From assembly GCA_051532035.1 (NCBI GenBank), contig JAOPTW010000008.1, positions 149,175 to 213,174 on the forward strand: a DNA stretch of 64,000 nucleotides, given 5' to 3'. The stretch comes from Fibrobacterales bacterium (GTDB lineage Bacteria; Fibrobacterota; Fibrobacteria; Fibrobacterales; JAOPTW01). Under the pieces are notes generated by a model. It worked only from the letters and a program-made list of their open reading frames with translations, was not told the DNA's origin and did not search any database. The translations under genes and the position numbers were made by a program. Of this stretch, positions 19,178 to 29,153 are shown piece after piece (positions within the stretch are counted from its first letter, which is position 1; every line of letters begins with the position of its first letter).

Positions 19178-20230
19178 TTACTGAGTAAGCTCAGTCAATA
19201 CCGATTGAAGATGAGGGTGCTGTTTTATAGCTGCCTGTAAAAGTACTACTACTTCATTCTCTACACCAATAGACTTGGCAGCATCATACAGGTTAAAGTA
19301 GTAGTCGCTCACAGAAGCATTCCGCTGTATCGCATCGATAAAGTATATATATGCTTTTTGTGCATCCCCTAAATAGAAGTAGTATATCCCATAGAGGTTA
19401 TAGGTCATGTCAGTGGCACGTCCTTGAGTAAAAATAGTATCAAGCATCCCCTGGACCACATTGGTCTGTCCATCAGCCAAAAAGGCCTGTATCTGTTTGT
19501 GCACCGCATCAACATCAACCCCTTCAACCATATTAGCTGCGGTAATAATTTCTGTAGACCCATTCTCTATGACGAGCGCAAATTCCTTTATAAAGTAGGA
19601 GCGCCTCTGTTCTGGGTCATTTGGGAGCATTACTTGACAATCGATCCCATTGACTTTTTGCCAACGTGTATACTGCTCATTATAAAACAACGAATCCACT
19701 ACTGGTTCAATATTCTTAAGGGTAAGTTCGCATTTCGAAATCATCGACTCAACTTCGCCCTGAGTGTAACTCATCCCTTTTGGTGGATGAACAGGCCAAG
19801 GAAGAAGCTCTCGAGTACTCTTATCGATAAGCCGTTGATAATAAAAACGATTCTCTACCGTTGCGTAAATTACTCCTTGAGCAGTAAGAAGTGAGTGTAT
19901 TTTCTTTAAAAACCCTACCCCATCTTCAACATAATTTAATTGAGGCCCCAACACTACCGCATCACATTTAAAATCGATTTGTGCAGTCCATTCACTATAG
20001 ATCGATGTCGATGCAACCGAGCACTGGCTCGGAAAGTTACCATCATCTGGATAATTGAAAAGAAGATTATTCACCCGCCAACCTTTAGCAGACAGATCGA
20101 CACAATCCCCTTGAGACCCATCAATAATCAACAGCATATTTTGAGAGGGAGTTACCGGGCGCCCTAACGCAGCTGTTATACCCGTCTCCATATAGTGCAT
20201 GCTTAGTGTTAAAGAAGTATCCTCAATCAT
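19178..20230 (-). CDS. Methyltransferase-like domain plus TPR protein
   Basis: DAVVLGPQLNYVEDGVGFLKKIHSLLTAQGVIYATVEN resembles class I MTase motifs II-III; C-terminal TPR (YNLYGIYYFYLGD). Confidence 0.55.
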   Translation of the reverse strand: MIEDTSLTLSMHYMETGITAALGRPVTPSQNMLLIIDGSQGDCVDLSAKGWRVNNLLFNYPDDGNFPSQCSVASTSIYSEWTAQIDFKCDAVVLGPQLNYVEDGVGFLKKIHSLLTAQGVIYATVENRFYYQRLIDKSTRELLPWPVHPPKGMSYTQGEVESMISKCELTLKNIEPVVDSLFYNEQYTRWQKVNGIDCQVMLPNDPEQRRSYFIKEFALVIENGSTEIITAANMVEGVDVDAVHKQIQAFLADGQTNVVQGMLDTIFTQGRATDMTYNLYGIYYFYLGDAQKAYIYFIDAIQRNASVSDYYFNLYDAAKSIGVENEVVVLLQAAIKQHPHLQSVLTELTQ

Positions 20231-20241
20231 TATTGCCCCTT

Positions 20242-23200
20242 TTAGCCAATTGTCTCAGCTACTTGTTGTAATGACGGATCGAGAGTCACCGCTGTTTGAA
20301 GCACCTCTCTCACTTCTGCTTCACGTCCAATTTTTAACGCAGCATCCCATAAATTCAAAAGACTATCTTGGTCAAGAGGCTTGAGTTCTACTGCTCGAGA
20401 GATTAATTTAAAAGCATCCTGATAGTTCCCCCAATAGTAGGCGATAATTCCCAGTCCATTGTAACAATCTATGTTATCGGGCTCTTGGTCCAACACCTCA
20501 GTAAAGAGCAACACTGCAGCTTCATACTCCTCAGACTCTACCAGTTTTTTAGCAGCGGTAACCTTATCTTGTAATGGATTTTCTACCGCATCAAAGTACA
20601 CCGCTAACCGTGAAGGTCGTTGACCACTGCGAAGCTCTTGTTTAATACTTAAGAGGTCTTTATTTGTGGGTGCTACTGCGAGGGCTTTATCAAGATATCT
20701 CTCAAATTCTGTTTCTCGCTCTATCAGTAGAGAGCAGTCATACATATTCATTACAGCATCCGTATACCAAATATTTATCTCAAGAGACTCCTTAAAGTAC
20801 TCCCATGCACTCTCTTTACTACCACCATACCAAAGAATCAGACCTTTATTATTAAGAGCCCGATAATTATGGGGTTCTTTTTCTAAGATTTCATCTACAG
20901 TACTCTCGGCCTTTTCAAGCATGCCTTCACGAATTAATGTCTCAACTCCAATGTTCATCTCACGGTAGTATATGAGACTTTGAGGATCAACGCTTTCGTT
21001 CTTAAGAGATTTAATCTCTTCGTAACAACGACGTACCGTATCAAGTTCTGGTTTCATTGCAAGGCCATACTCTAATATTTCAACCAAGCGTCCCCATAAT
21101 TTCAATCGCAGTCCTGCATCATAAAGATTCAGTAATGTATCTTCATCAGTAGGGTTATACGAAAGCGCTTTGTCAAAATATTTAAATGCTTCATCATAAA
21201 TCCCACGATAATACGCTTGAACTCCATACAAATTATAGAGTTCGAAACCCGACTCACCCTGGGCGCGTTTCTGGTCCAAGAGAGCTGTTGCCTTCACAAA
21301 CTCATGGGCCTCTATAAGGGCTTCAATCTTTTCAACCCAAGCTCCATCAAGTACATCACTTTCATTGATATGTATCTCTGCTAAGAGGTCGGTAAATGCT
21401 TTTTGGTGCGGATATTTACGGGCAAATACTTGGAGCACATTCACCATATCTTGAGCTGTTGAATGTTCACGCAAAAAATCGGTAATCGCTAAGGCAATTG
21501 CAGAGTTGTCAGGATCAAATTCAAGGCCCCTACAGAAGAATGTATAGCCGTCCATTGGGTGATTACGCTCTATTGCTGTCAATCCCAGTCCAAAATAGAT
21601 TTCGGAATCTCGATCATTCTGAGCAAGCTTCTCAAGAAACAGTCTACTTGCCTCCTCATAGTTACCGCTCCGTAGGGCAATCCATGCAGAATCGTGAAGA
21701 TGTTTCTCTTCTGCACTCCTCTCTTGAGTATTCTCTCCATGCACAACAGGGAGAGTCACACCTGGAAGCTGAACCCGATTATGAGAAAGTGTTGCCCTTC
21801 CCTCTTTCCACTTTTCATCAAAGAGCTTCTGATTTTTAATCATCAACTCATTCCAGTCGCAATCCGCTTGACCAAAACTTACGCTTCCATAATGGAATAT
21901 AAAACTGTCATCAGCAACTAATAATTTTTTACCACTATAGAGCACTCGACATGAATAATCATCATCTTCAAAGTTACCAAAACCAAACTGCTCATCAAAA
22001 TAGCCAATCTCAGAAACGGTTTCTTTCGCCATGAGCATACAAAAACCCTTAATGCGAGTAAACTCCCAGGCAGCACACTCATTTGCCTGTTGATACTGAT
22101 CGATATAACTCGGAATCGCTGCCACCGAGTCATACATAAAGCCTTCGACCATTTGTGGCCCTGCAATTGCGTTAGAACGCGGTGCCACGATACCGGCCCC
22201 AGGGTGATTCTCTGCTGCACGCACTAGGTTTTCTATACTTCCTGGCCCAACGATTGTGTCATTATTAAAAATGAGCAGATAGTCACCAGTAGCTCGATCA
22301 ATTCCCTGATTCCAACCAGCTGCAACACCTCTGTTCTCACTGTTATTAATCACAATAGCACCGGGTATTGAGTTAAAATACTCTTGAGTACCATCAGTTG
22401 AACCATTATTAACCAAAACCAGTTCATACTGCTGAGTGGTATACTTTTGAATCGACTCAATACACTGCTTCGTATACTCCATTTTATTTAATGCGAGCAT
22501 AACGATGGAAACTTTTTTATGTAATGAATACTCTCGTCTACAAGGAGCTGTGGTAACAATAATTTTCTCAGCTGTTGCATAGAGTATTTCTTCTCTCGTA
22601 AAACTTTCCGTTTTACTTATAACTGAAGCATACGACGCATCGATATCTACAGGATCACACTCATACGGATCAATTGATTCAATAGTCAAACCTGCCAATT
22701 GCGCTTCGCGAATCACATCAATCGGCTGTACTCCTTTTTGAGTAAACCCCTCTCGATCTCTACTTTGAAACATACTGTTGTCAAATATAAAAGCAGCACA
22801 TTGAAAGTCATCACCTTGATATTTTTTTAAAATGTTAGAAAGAAGGCGTATATCACTTACAGAAAGCCGATACACAATAAGTTTCGCATGAGTAGGATCC
22901 ATCTCTTTACCGGTCAGATCAAGAAATTGACCCTTCCCATAAAAACAGACAGATCGACATTTCTGAACCAGCACTTCTACCTGATGAGGGAGGCCTGTAG
23001 GGATGTCTAATCTATGCTCCTCTTCTACCTGAGATGCATCACTTTTTTCTTTGGGCGCCTCAAGTTCACTATCAATTGAGTGAGTCGCATGTAATACCAA
23101 ATCAGAATACTGTTCTATAGTACAGCTTTCTAGTACCGTTTCGGGAATTAAAAAATAATTAAGATCAAGCTGTGAAATAGGCTGCTCAAAAGCAAGGTGT

Positions 23201-24459
23201 GATGCCTGTGGTTCTATAACAATCCCCGCATTCACATCCAGTAACCGACCTGAAAGGGCTTTACCCAGAGTGGTACGTTTGGCAAGAGCACTAAATTGGA
23301 GGTGTGGAATAGTCACCCCTCCAACAAGAAAAAGAATTGCATCACTCGCAAACCATCGACGAGCCCGTTTTAACACCTCTGCAAATGGTGCTTCTGATGA
23401 TATATTCCATTCAAACACATCTTTAGAAATAAAAGATTGGGTCATAACCAATCCTGCACTATTTGCAACAACGATATCATCAGGAGAAACACCGAGTTCA
23501 AAGAGCGCATCAATACTCTGTTCAATAGCTTTTCTACTTGTCGTTGACTCTTTCGTCATAATACAATAGGCAATACTCATAGAACGTTCCTTCTCTAACT
23601 CTTGAGGCTCACTCATCTGTACCGCGGCCTCACCATCTATCTCTTCTTCCAACTCAAACCAATCTATTTCCCACAAGTCCCACGACGATGGTACTTTTTC
23701 TTTTGTTTCATAGTGCTCAATCAGTTTTTTAGTAAATACTTTTCGTGATTGCTCTTTCATTTGTTCAACACGCTCAGAAGGCGTTGCATTAAAAGAGACT
23801 TGTCCTTTATGATACACAAAGGCATCATATACGGCAATAAGTTGTTTTCCCATAAGAGAGAGGCGCCAACTTAAATCAAGGTCATCCATTCCAAGAATGA
23901 GTGCACGATCCATACCACCAATATCGTTAAACAACTGGGTACGAAGCATAACACAAAAACCAATGAGTAATTTCACCTCTTTGGCCTGCCCTTTTAATGT
24001 CTTTGTTAACTCAGCTGCAACTACTTCTTTTTGGAGGGCATCATTCGCATCACCCATTGTTTGTTGGTTATATACATACCGGAGGTTCTGCCACCCTGCA
24101 GCAAAATTTGAGAGTGGCCCTACCGCACCAACCTGCTTTGATTGTCGCAGTGGTTCAGCCAACGCCTCTAATGAACCACAAGTGAGTTGCGTATCGGGAT
24201 TTAAAAAGAGTACAAACTCACCTTCAGCCCGAGCTGCTCCTTGATTACACCCTTCAGCGAACCCTACATTGTTTTTATTAAGAAGTAGCTCTACACCAGT
24301 CTCACGTTGTAAGACTTCAGCCGTAGCATCAGTAGAATCATTATCGACCACAATAATTTGAACGCCAGCATTGGTATAGTGCTGACGTATAGATTGTAGG
24401 CAGTGAATGATTTCGTTTTGACAGTTATAGGTTACAATAACTATTGAGTACTGCATCAT
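20242..24459 (-). CDS. Large glycosyltransferase with two GT2 (WbbL-like) domains and many TPRs
   Basis: SIVIVTYN...VVDNDSTD...NVGFAEGCNQG...FLNPD; second domain SIVMLALN...NNGSTDGT...WNQG...FNND...GNFEDDD; C-terminal TPR array. Confidence 0.88.
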   Translation of the reverse strand: MMQYSIVIVTYNCQNEIIHCLQSIRQHYTNAGVQIIVVDNDSTDATAEVLQRETGVELLLNKNNVGFAEGCNQGAARAEGEFVLFLNPDTQLTCGSLEALAEPLRQSKQVGAVGPLSNFAAGWQNLRYVYNQQTMGDANDALQKEVVAAELTKTLKGQAKEVKLLIGFCVMLRTQLFNDIGGMDRALILGMDDLDLSWRLSLMGKQLIAVYDAFVYHKGQVSFNATPSERVEQMKEQSRKVFTKKLIEHYETKEKVPSSWDLWEIDWFELEEEIDGEAAVQMSEPQELEKERSMSIAYCIMTKESTTSRKAIEQSIDALFELGVSPDDIVVANSAGLVMTQSFISKDVFEWNISSEAPFAEVLKRARRWFASDAILFLVGGVTIPHLQFSALAKRTTLGKALSGRLLDVNAGIVIEPQASHLAFEQPISQLDLNYFLIPETVLESCTIEQYSDLVLHATHSIDSELEAPKEKSDASQVEEEHRLDIPTGLPHQVEVLVQKCRSVCFYGKGQFLDLTGKEMDPTHAKLIVYRLSVSDIRLLSNILKKYQGDDFQCAAFIFDNSMFQSRDREGFTQKGVQPIDVIREAQLAGLTIESIDPYECDPVDIDASYASVISKTESFTREEILYATAEKIIVTTAPCRREYSLHKKVSIVMLALNKMEYTKQCIESIQKYTTQQYELVLVNNGSTDGTQEYFNSIPGAIVINNSENRGVAAGWNQGIDRATGDYLLIFNNDTIVGPGSIENLVRAAENHPGAGIVAPRSNAIAGPQMVEGFMYDSVAAIPSYIDQYQQANECAAWEFTRIKGFCMLMAKETVSEIGYFDEQFGFGNFEDDDYSCRVLYSGKKLLVADDSFIFHYGSVSFGQADCDWNELMIKNQKLFDEKWKEGRATLSHNRVQLPGVTLPVVHGENTQERSAEEKHLHDSAWIALRSGNYEEASRLFLEKLAQNDRDSEIYFGLGLTAIERNHPMDGYTFFCRGLEFDPDNSAIALAITDFLREHSTAQDMVNVLQVFARKYPHQKAFTDLLAEIHINESDVLDGAWVEKIEALIEAHEFVKATALLDQKRAQGESGFELYNLYGVQAYYRGIYDEAFKYFDKALSYNPTDEDTLLNLYDAGLRLKLWGRLVEILEYGLAMKPELDTVRRCYEEIKSLKNESVDPQSLIYYREMNIGVETLIREGMLEKAESTVDEILEKEPHNYRALNNKGLILWYGGSKESAWEYFKESLEINIWYTDAVMNMYDCSLLIERETEFERYLDKALAVAPTNKDLLSIKQELRSGQRPSRLAVYFDAVENPLQDKVTAAKKLVESEEYEAAVLLFTEVLDQEPDNIDCYNGLGIIAYYWGNYQDAFKLISRAVELKPLDQDSLLNLWDAALKIGREAEVREVLQTAVTLDPSLQQVAETIG

Positions 24460-24503
24460 TTATAATCCGATCATAAGACTATATGTTAAAACAATATAAC
24501 ATA

Positions 24504-24914
24504 TTATCGTTCTGCAACGAGAAGCTTACTCATTAATTCATTTTTAATCATAGCAGCTATTCTATCGGCAATCTCCCCCTCACTATTCGACACACTCTGT
24601 TCAGGGGTAACTGCAACTGCAGACTTACCATTTTTCATTTCAAAATAGAGTGCACGCTTTGCCCCAGCGATAGAGTATCCATCACGTTTTAACATCGCAT
24701 AAACCTTCTTAAGTTTATCAAGAGCATTTTCGTCATAACGACGTTGTCTTCCATTCGTTCTATTTGATGAAAGAAAAAAAGCAAACTCTTTCTCCCAATA
24801 GCGAATAGTGTGTGCAGCTACACCTATTATTTTTGCTGCTTCACCGATACTTACTTTGATGTCTTCTACACCAAATTCACTCGGATCCAAAAACTCGTCA
24901 TGTTGATTATACAT
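24504..24914 (-). CDS. MerR-family HTH regulator (MlrA-like, no metal-binding Cys)
   Basis: SIGEAAKIIGVAAHTIRYWEKEF...RTNGRQRRY...GYSIAGAK; GGAGG RBS. Confidence 0.9.
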   Translation of the reverse strand: MYNQHDEFLDPSEFGVEDIKVSIGEAAKIIGVAAHTIRYWEKEFAFFLSSNRTNGRQRRYDENALDKLKKVYAMLKRDGYSIAGAKRALYFEMKNGKSAVAVTPEQSVSNSEGEIADRIAAMIKNELMSKLLVAER

Positions 24915-24945
24915 AGTGCCTCCATATGTTCTTAATCAAACTTAA

Positions 24946-24962
24946 AGCAAAACTGATGCCAA
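24946..24962 (-). promoter_or_regulatory. Sigma54 (RpoN) -24/-12 promoter
   Basis: Minus strand TTGGCATCAGTTTTGCT, with GG-N10-GC spacing matching YTGGCACGNNNNTTGCW, 32 nt upstream of the MerR ATG. Confidence 0.75.
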
Positions 24963-25043
24963 AACCAAAACTGGCATTTAGAGCCAGATTAAAGGCATTT
25001 TACTCTATTCTACCTTATATCAACGGAAAATTAGGGGCCTAAT

Positions 25044-25086
25044 TTTATCTTTTTAGGGAAGGATTTTCCTTCCCTAAAAAGATAAA
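25044..25086. repeat. Perfect 20-bp inverted repeat with a 3-nt loop
   Basis: TTTATCTTTTTAGGGAAGGA-TTT-TCCTTCCCTAAAAAGATAAA. Confidence 0.85.
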
Positions 25087-25110
25087 GGGACACAAAATGC
25101 GTCCCTTTAT
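25076..25110 (-). terminator. Probable intrinsic terminator of the chemoreceptor gene
   Basis: Minus strand ATAAAGGGAC-GCATTTTGT-GTCCCTTTAT-CTTTTT. Confidence 0.6.
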
Positions 25111-25158
25111 TTTCAATATATACACTATATCTTGTGAAAACTTGCAACCGAACTCTTC

Positions 25159-27207
25159 TTACAAAATCCCACGCTCATTAAAAAACTTAGTATACTGACG
25201 ATCAACTCCCATAATGTGTTTGATAAGCCAATCTTTAAGAAAAGCCATGATATCTTTTGAAACCATTGCACGTCCCTCCGCCACATCATCTCTGAAAGCC
25301 GCTATTTTATCTACAAACGCTTTATGCTGTGTAATGTGAAATTCCGCACCAGGGAAATTAAACTTTTTAAAGTTTCGTTCTTCATTTCCAAAATGATATT
25401 CGGTATAATCGATCAACCCATCGATTATTTTCCCTAAGACCTCTTTTGACTTCCCTTCACTCATGGCAAGATTAAGATCATTGATCATACCAATCAAAAC
25501 CTGGTGATCACTATCAAATTCATCAACGCCAACACTGAGAGAATCCTCCCACCTAATAAGCGCTGTCTCAATTTTAAATACATTAACAACTTTGGTAAGT
25601 TCACCAGCCAAAAGCTGGAGCTCATTGGCCTTTTTCCGAGACTCACCAAGATTAGAAACAATTTCACCAATCTCTTTTTGTACATCACCCATACTATGGC
25701 TCACTTCTTCAACACCAGAGGCCGTTTCAGCCGCTCCCTCAGATATTTTTTGTGAACTACTATTCACGTTACCCAGATTACCCGATATTTCATTAATGAC
25801 CTCACTCTGTTCACTCATAGAAAGTACAATACTATTTGATATCTGATGAACCTTCTCGACCACCTTCACTACATCTGTTATAGCACTATGCGACTCTTTT
25901 GTGTAACCCTGCATCTCTTCAATCTGCCTTCTTATCAGTCCTGTTGAGTTTGATGTTTGATCCGCTAAGTTTTTCACCTCACTTGCAACGACTGCAAACC
26001 CTTTACCCGCATCACCTGCCGATGCCGCCTCTATGGTCGCGTTTAGGGCGAGTAGATTTGTCTGATCTGCAATATCATGTATAACACTCACCACCCTTCC
26101 AATCTCTTCACCTGAAGTATCAAGGTTATCCATAACCCTAAGAGATTCAACAATTTTATTATTTGCCTCTTGAGCCAAGTCTGCCTCTTCTCTACAATTT
26201 TGAGCAACTTCTGCTATTGCAGCACTCATTTCTTCTATAGAAAGAGCTACGGTATTCACTGAATCAGAAGAACTTCCCACATCACCCGAAATAGAACGCA
26301 CCCGTACTGAGGCCTGCTCTGTCGCGCTCGCCACCTGAATAGAACTCCCCTTCATACGTTCAGCTCTCTCCGAAAGCTCACTAAACTGTCGTGAAAAGTC
26401 ATCGGCAACCGAAATCAATATATTATTTGCTGTGTAAATTTCACTAATGAGTGAGGTCATATTCTCCCCGAGCTTCCCCACCTTATTGAGAGTTTCATCA
26501 ATTTCATCAATTTCATCAATAGATATTAATTCTGTCAGGTCTCCCTCACTATATTTCTGAAGGATTCTATTAGCTCGTTCGAGTTTTCTCAGCACCCTAA
26601 TCACAATGAAAAAAGCAAAAAGCGTACACAGCCCCCCTAAAACGACACCAACAAATTGGATCATTTTAAGTGTTTCTACATGGGCCTCGGACTCTAACTG
26701 TAGTTCCTGTACTGATGCATCGGAAGCCACAAGCAATGCTTCAAACAAGTGATCAACATCTTTTATTAAATCACTATTTTTAAAGCCATCAGACTCTAAT
26801 TTCGTCAACATCATTGTCAATTCAGTCCATATGACATCTACCTGTTTTAACTTCTTCACTTCATCTGGATGTGCTTTGGGGGCAATTATTTTTTTGCTAT
26901 CTACTGCTAAGCTCAAGGGTATTTCTCCGCCCTTTAGTAATCCATCTAAAGTCTCATCAAAAACACGAATTGCATTATGCATATCCTCTTTTGTTTTTGA
27001 CCTGCCCCCCCCAGTGTTACTTTCAAATACACACAGAAGAACATCTTTATATATTTTCTGACTCAGCATCCGCTGCCGTCCAGCGAGATTTACCACTTCT
27101 GAATCCGACTCAACTGCTGCCAATATGATCAACGTAGCGATAAACATTCCAAAAATGACTAAACCACTCAAAAGAGCCGCTAAAGGAAGCTTAAATTTTA
27201 ACTTCAT
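25159..27207 (-). CDS. Methyl-accepting chemotaxis protein with periplasmic PilJ/NarX-like sensor and C-terminal bacteriohemerythrin
   Basis: [55 protein letters not shown]; hemerythrin ligands DHQ, HFGNEE, HITQH, HIMGVD. Confidence 0.92.
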   Translation of the reverse strand: MKLKFKLPLAALLSGLVIFGMFIATLIILAAVESDSEVVNLAGRQRMLSQKIYKDVLLCVFESNTGGGRSKTKEDMHNAIRVFDETLDGLLKGGEIPLSLAVDSKKIIAPKAHPDEVKKLKQVDVIWTELTMMLTKLESDGFKNSDLIKDVDHLFEALLVASDASVQELQLESEAHVETLKMIQFVGVVLGGLCTLFAFFIVIRVLRKLERANRILQKYSEGDLTELISIDEIDEIDETLNKVGKLGENMTSLISEIYTANNILISVADDFSRQFSELSERAERMKGSSIQVASATEQASVRVRSISGDVGSSSDSVNTVALSIEEMSAAIAEVAQNCREEADLAQEANNKIVESLRVMDNLDTSGEEIGRVVSVIHDIADQTNLLALNATIEAASAGDAGKGFAVVASEVKNLADQTSNSTGLIRRQIEEMQGYTKESHSAITDVVKVVEKVHQISNSIVLSMSEQSEVINEISGNLGNVNSSSQKISEGAAETASGVEEVSHSMGDVQKEIGEIVSNLGESRKKANELQLLAGELTKVVNVFKIETALIRWEDSLSVGVDEFDSDHQVLIGMINDLNLAMSEGKSKEVLGKIIDGLIDYTEYHFGNEERNFKKFNFPGAEFHITQHKAFVDKIAAFRDDVAEGRAMVSKDIMAFLKDWLIKHIMGVDRQYTKFFNERGIL

Positions 27208-27324
27208 ATGATATACCTATACTATTACGTAAACAAAGTATATCACTCTTATACGAGTCAAAACCACCTATTTTTAGGCAAAGAGATAAGGAGAGAAAAG
27301 AAAAGCATCTATGAAGCGCACTTC

Positions 27325-28839
27325 TTACTTAACAGCAATGGGGAATGATGGAATAGCACTCTCAATCACATCAATAACCGAGATACTATCACTATCTTTC
27401 CAGGCATTATAGAGCGAATCACCGTAGAAGACTGCCGTTGCAAAAGGAACATCGCTTTCGTCCCAATTCAGAGTAGTCTCCAAAAATGTCATCCCTTGTT
27501 CACTAGGCCAATTCGTCCACCCAACTAAAGAGTGACTGGGTAGTAACACTATAACCGGATTCAGTGAAATATGTTTCAACAATGCAGCCCAAAGAACAGT
27601 TCCATCAATACAGTTGGCCCCTCCCGATGCAAGAGTCTCACCAGGAAATAGAACTTTCTGACGACCAGTCGTTGAAAATGTGCTATTAATATACCGTATG
27701 TCCCTATCCTGGAGTGCCTTATAGAGCGCCTCTACTTGAGATTCAACAACACTCTCTTTAGTTGCCCCCAAAACTTCCTGGTAGCCTACAAAAGATGCAT
27801 CAAGAGTATACGCAATTGCTTCTTTACTCAACGCCTCCAATGAAGGCTCATTATGCTGGGCCCACCGCACGATATACTCTTCATAGTCCACAACATCATA
27901 TGCAGTTGTACTGTCATTATCGTAATCAAATACACGCTGAGATGACCACGTATTTGCAGGGGCGATGGACGAGCCATTACTCTCACTATGTATCAAGATA
28001 GTTCTGTCATTTTTAACTAAAAAGATACGAACCGACACTTGTACATCGATTTGCTCTAAGATTTCTGCAATAGCTTCATACTTTAAATTGGGTAGTAGTG
28101 AAACATCTATAGTACTCAATTTACCCACAACGACAGTCTCTGATGCCATCTCAGTATACCCCGGTATTTCAACCTCAACAAGAACTCTATAACTTTCTTG
28201 ACTGTTTCTATTCTCTATTTTTACGGTAGCAAGGGACTGAAAAAGTTCATATCCCGTAAAGACTTCCTCATAGTATGGATAGAGTGTCGGATTAATAATA
28301 GTTTGTTGAGTATACACAGCAATACCGAGATAATTTGAACCACTTGCAGTATGGAGTTCAGTATAGATATTTGCATATAATGAATCATACGCTACGACAC
28401 GTGCACTATCAACGTCTTCTTGGTGTACTTGTGAGAGACTATCATAGGCTTTTGCTTGCGCCTCAATCAGACTATCAAGCAATAATACTTGTGTCTCCCT
28501 CAAACTATCCAACACCCTTTGTTGTGCATCTGCCTGAGCTATAGTAAGAGAGTCTGCAAAAACCTTCGCAAGAGAATCATACTCCGCTTCTATCCTCTCG
28601 GACTCTATTTCATGAAAATCTTCGTAGAGGTCAGCATACAATTGTCGCTGATCATCAGAATCATTCTTGCTCTGAGAAATTTCACTGAGAATACTATCCT
28701 TTATAGCCAGAAAAAGGCTATCAGAAAGGGATTCAGCCGGCTCATTTGTCGGGGCAGTACTCGACCCACTCTCAAAGCATCCAATAAATAACAAAGTTAC
28801 CAGCACTACAAGCACCACTCTCAACGCAGAATATTTCAT
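27325..28839 (-). CDS. Lipoprotein with helical DSL-repeat stalk and C-terminal transglutaminase-like domain
   Basis: Lipobox LFIGC after MKYSALR; repeated DSL; GGANCIDGTVLWAALL...LPSHSLVGW...FLETT (Cys-His-acid pattern). Confidence 0.6.
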   Translation of the reverse strand: MKYSALRVVLVVLVTLLFIGCFESGSSTAPTNEPAESLSDSLFLAIKDSILSEISQSKNDSDDQRQLYADLYEDFHEIESERIEAEYDSLAKVFADSLTIAQADAQQRVLDSLRETQVLLLDSLIEAQAKAYDSLSQVHQEDVDSARVVAYDSLYANIYTELHTASGSNYLGIAVYTQQTIINPTLYPYYEEVFTGYELFQSLATVKIENRNSQESYRVLVEVEIPGYTEMASETVVVGKLSTIDVSLLPNLKYEAIAEILEQIDVQVSVRIFLVKNDRTILIHSESNGSSIAPANTWSSQRVFDYDNDSTTAYDVVDYEEYIVRWAQHNEPSLEALSKEAIAYTLDASFVGYQEVLGATKESVVESQVEALYKALQDRDIRYINSTFSTTGRQKVLFPGETLASGGANCIDGTVLWAALLKHISLNPVIVLLPSHSLVGWTNWPSEQGMTFLETTLNWDESDVPFATAVFYGDSLYNAWKDSDSISVIDVIESAIPSFPIAVK

Positions 28840-28956
28840 TCCAATCTCAAAAGAAAAATCATCCTCCATAAACTAACTTTTCGCCTGCCATCCACAAAGC
28901 AGTTCTCACAAAAATCACCAACATTAACCAAAATCCCCCAAATAAGTAACAAAAAG

Positions 28957-29035
28957 ACCAGAAAGAATGCAATGATACGCAAAGCGTATCGAGCCAACCA
29001 AAAGAGTGCAACGATGCGCAAAGCGCATCAAGCCA
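28957..29035. repeat. Two tandem ~40-bp REP-like palindromic units
   Basis: ACCAGAAAGAATGCAATGATACGCAAAGCGTATCGAGCCA and ACCAAAAGAGTGCAACGATGCGCAAAGCGCATCAAGCCA. Confidence 0.8.
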
Positions 29036-29045
29036 AAAGCAATCC

Positions 29046-29153
29046 ATTTTTTGGTTTATCAGATGGGAGATACAAGGAAGTGGGCACGTAGGCGTACGTT
29101 AGTACGTCAAGAACCCAATGACGCAGTAGATTCCGCCTGATAAACCAAAAAAT
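29046..29153. repeat. 108-bp element bounded by perfect 17-bp inverted repeats (MITE-like or structured repeat)
   Basis: ATTTTTTGGTTTATCAG (29046-29062) and CTGATAAACCAAAAAAT (29137-29153), with internal CGTAC-GTTA-GTACG hairpin. Confidence 0.7.

Noticed and set aside
28957..29035. Possible CRISPR array
   Set aside because: Only two abutting, non-identical units with no spacers and no cas genes in the window.
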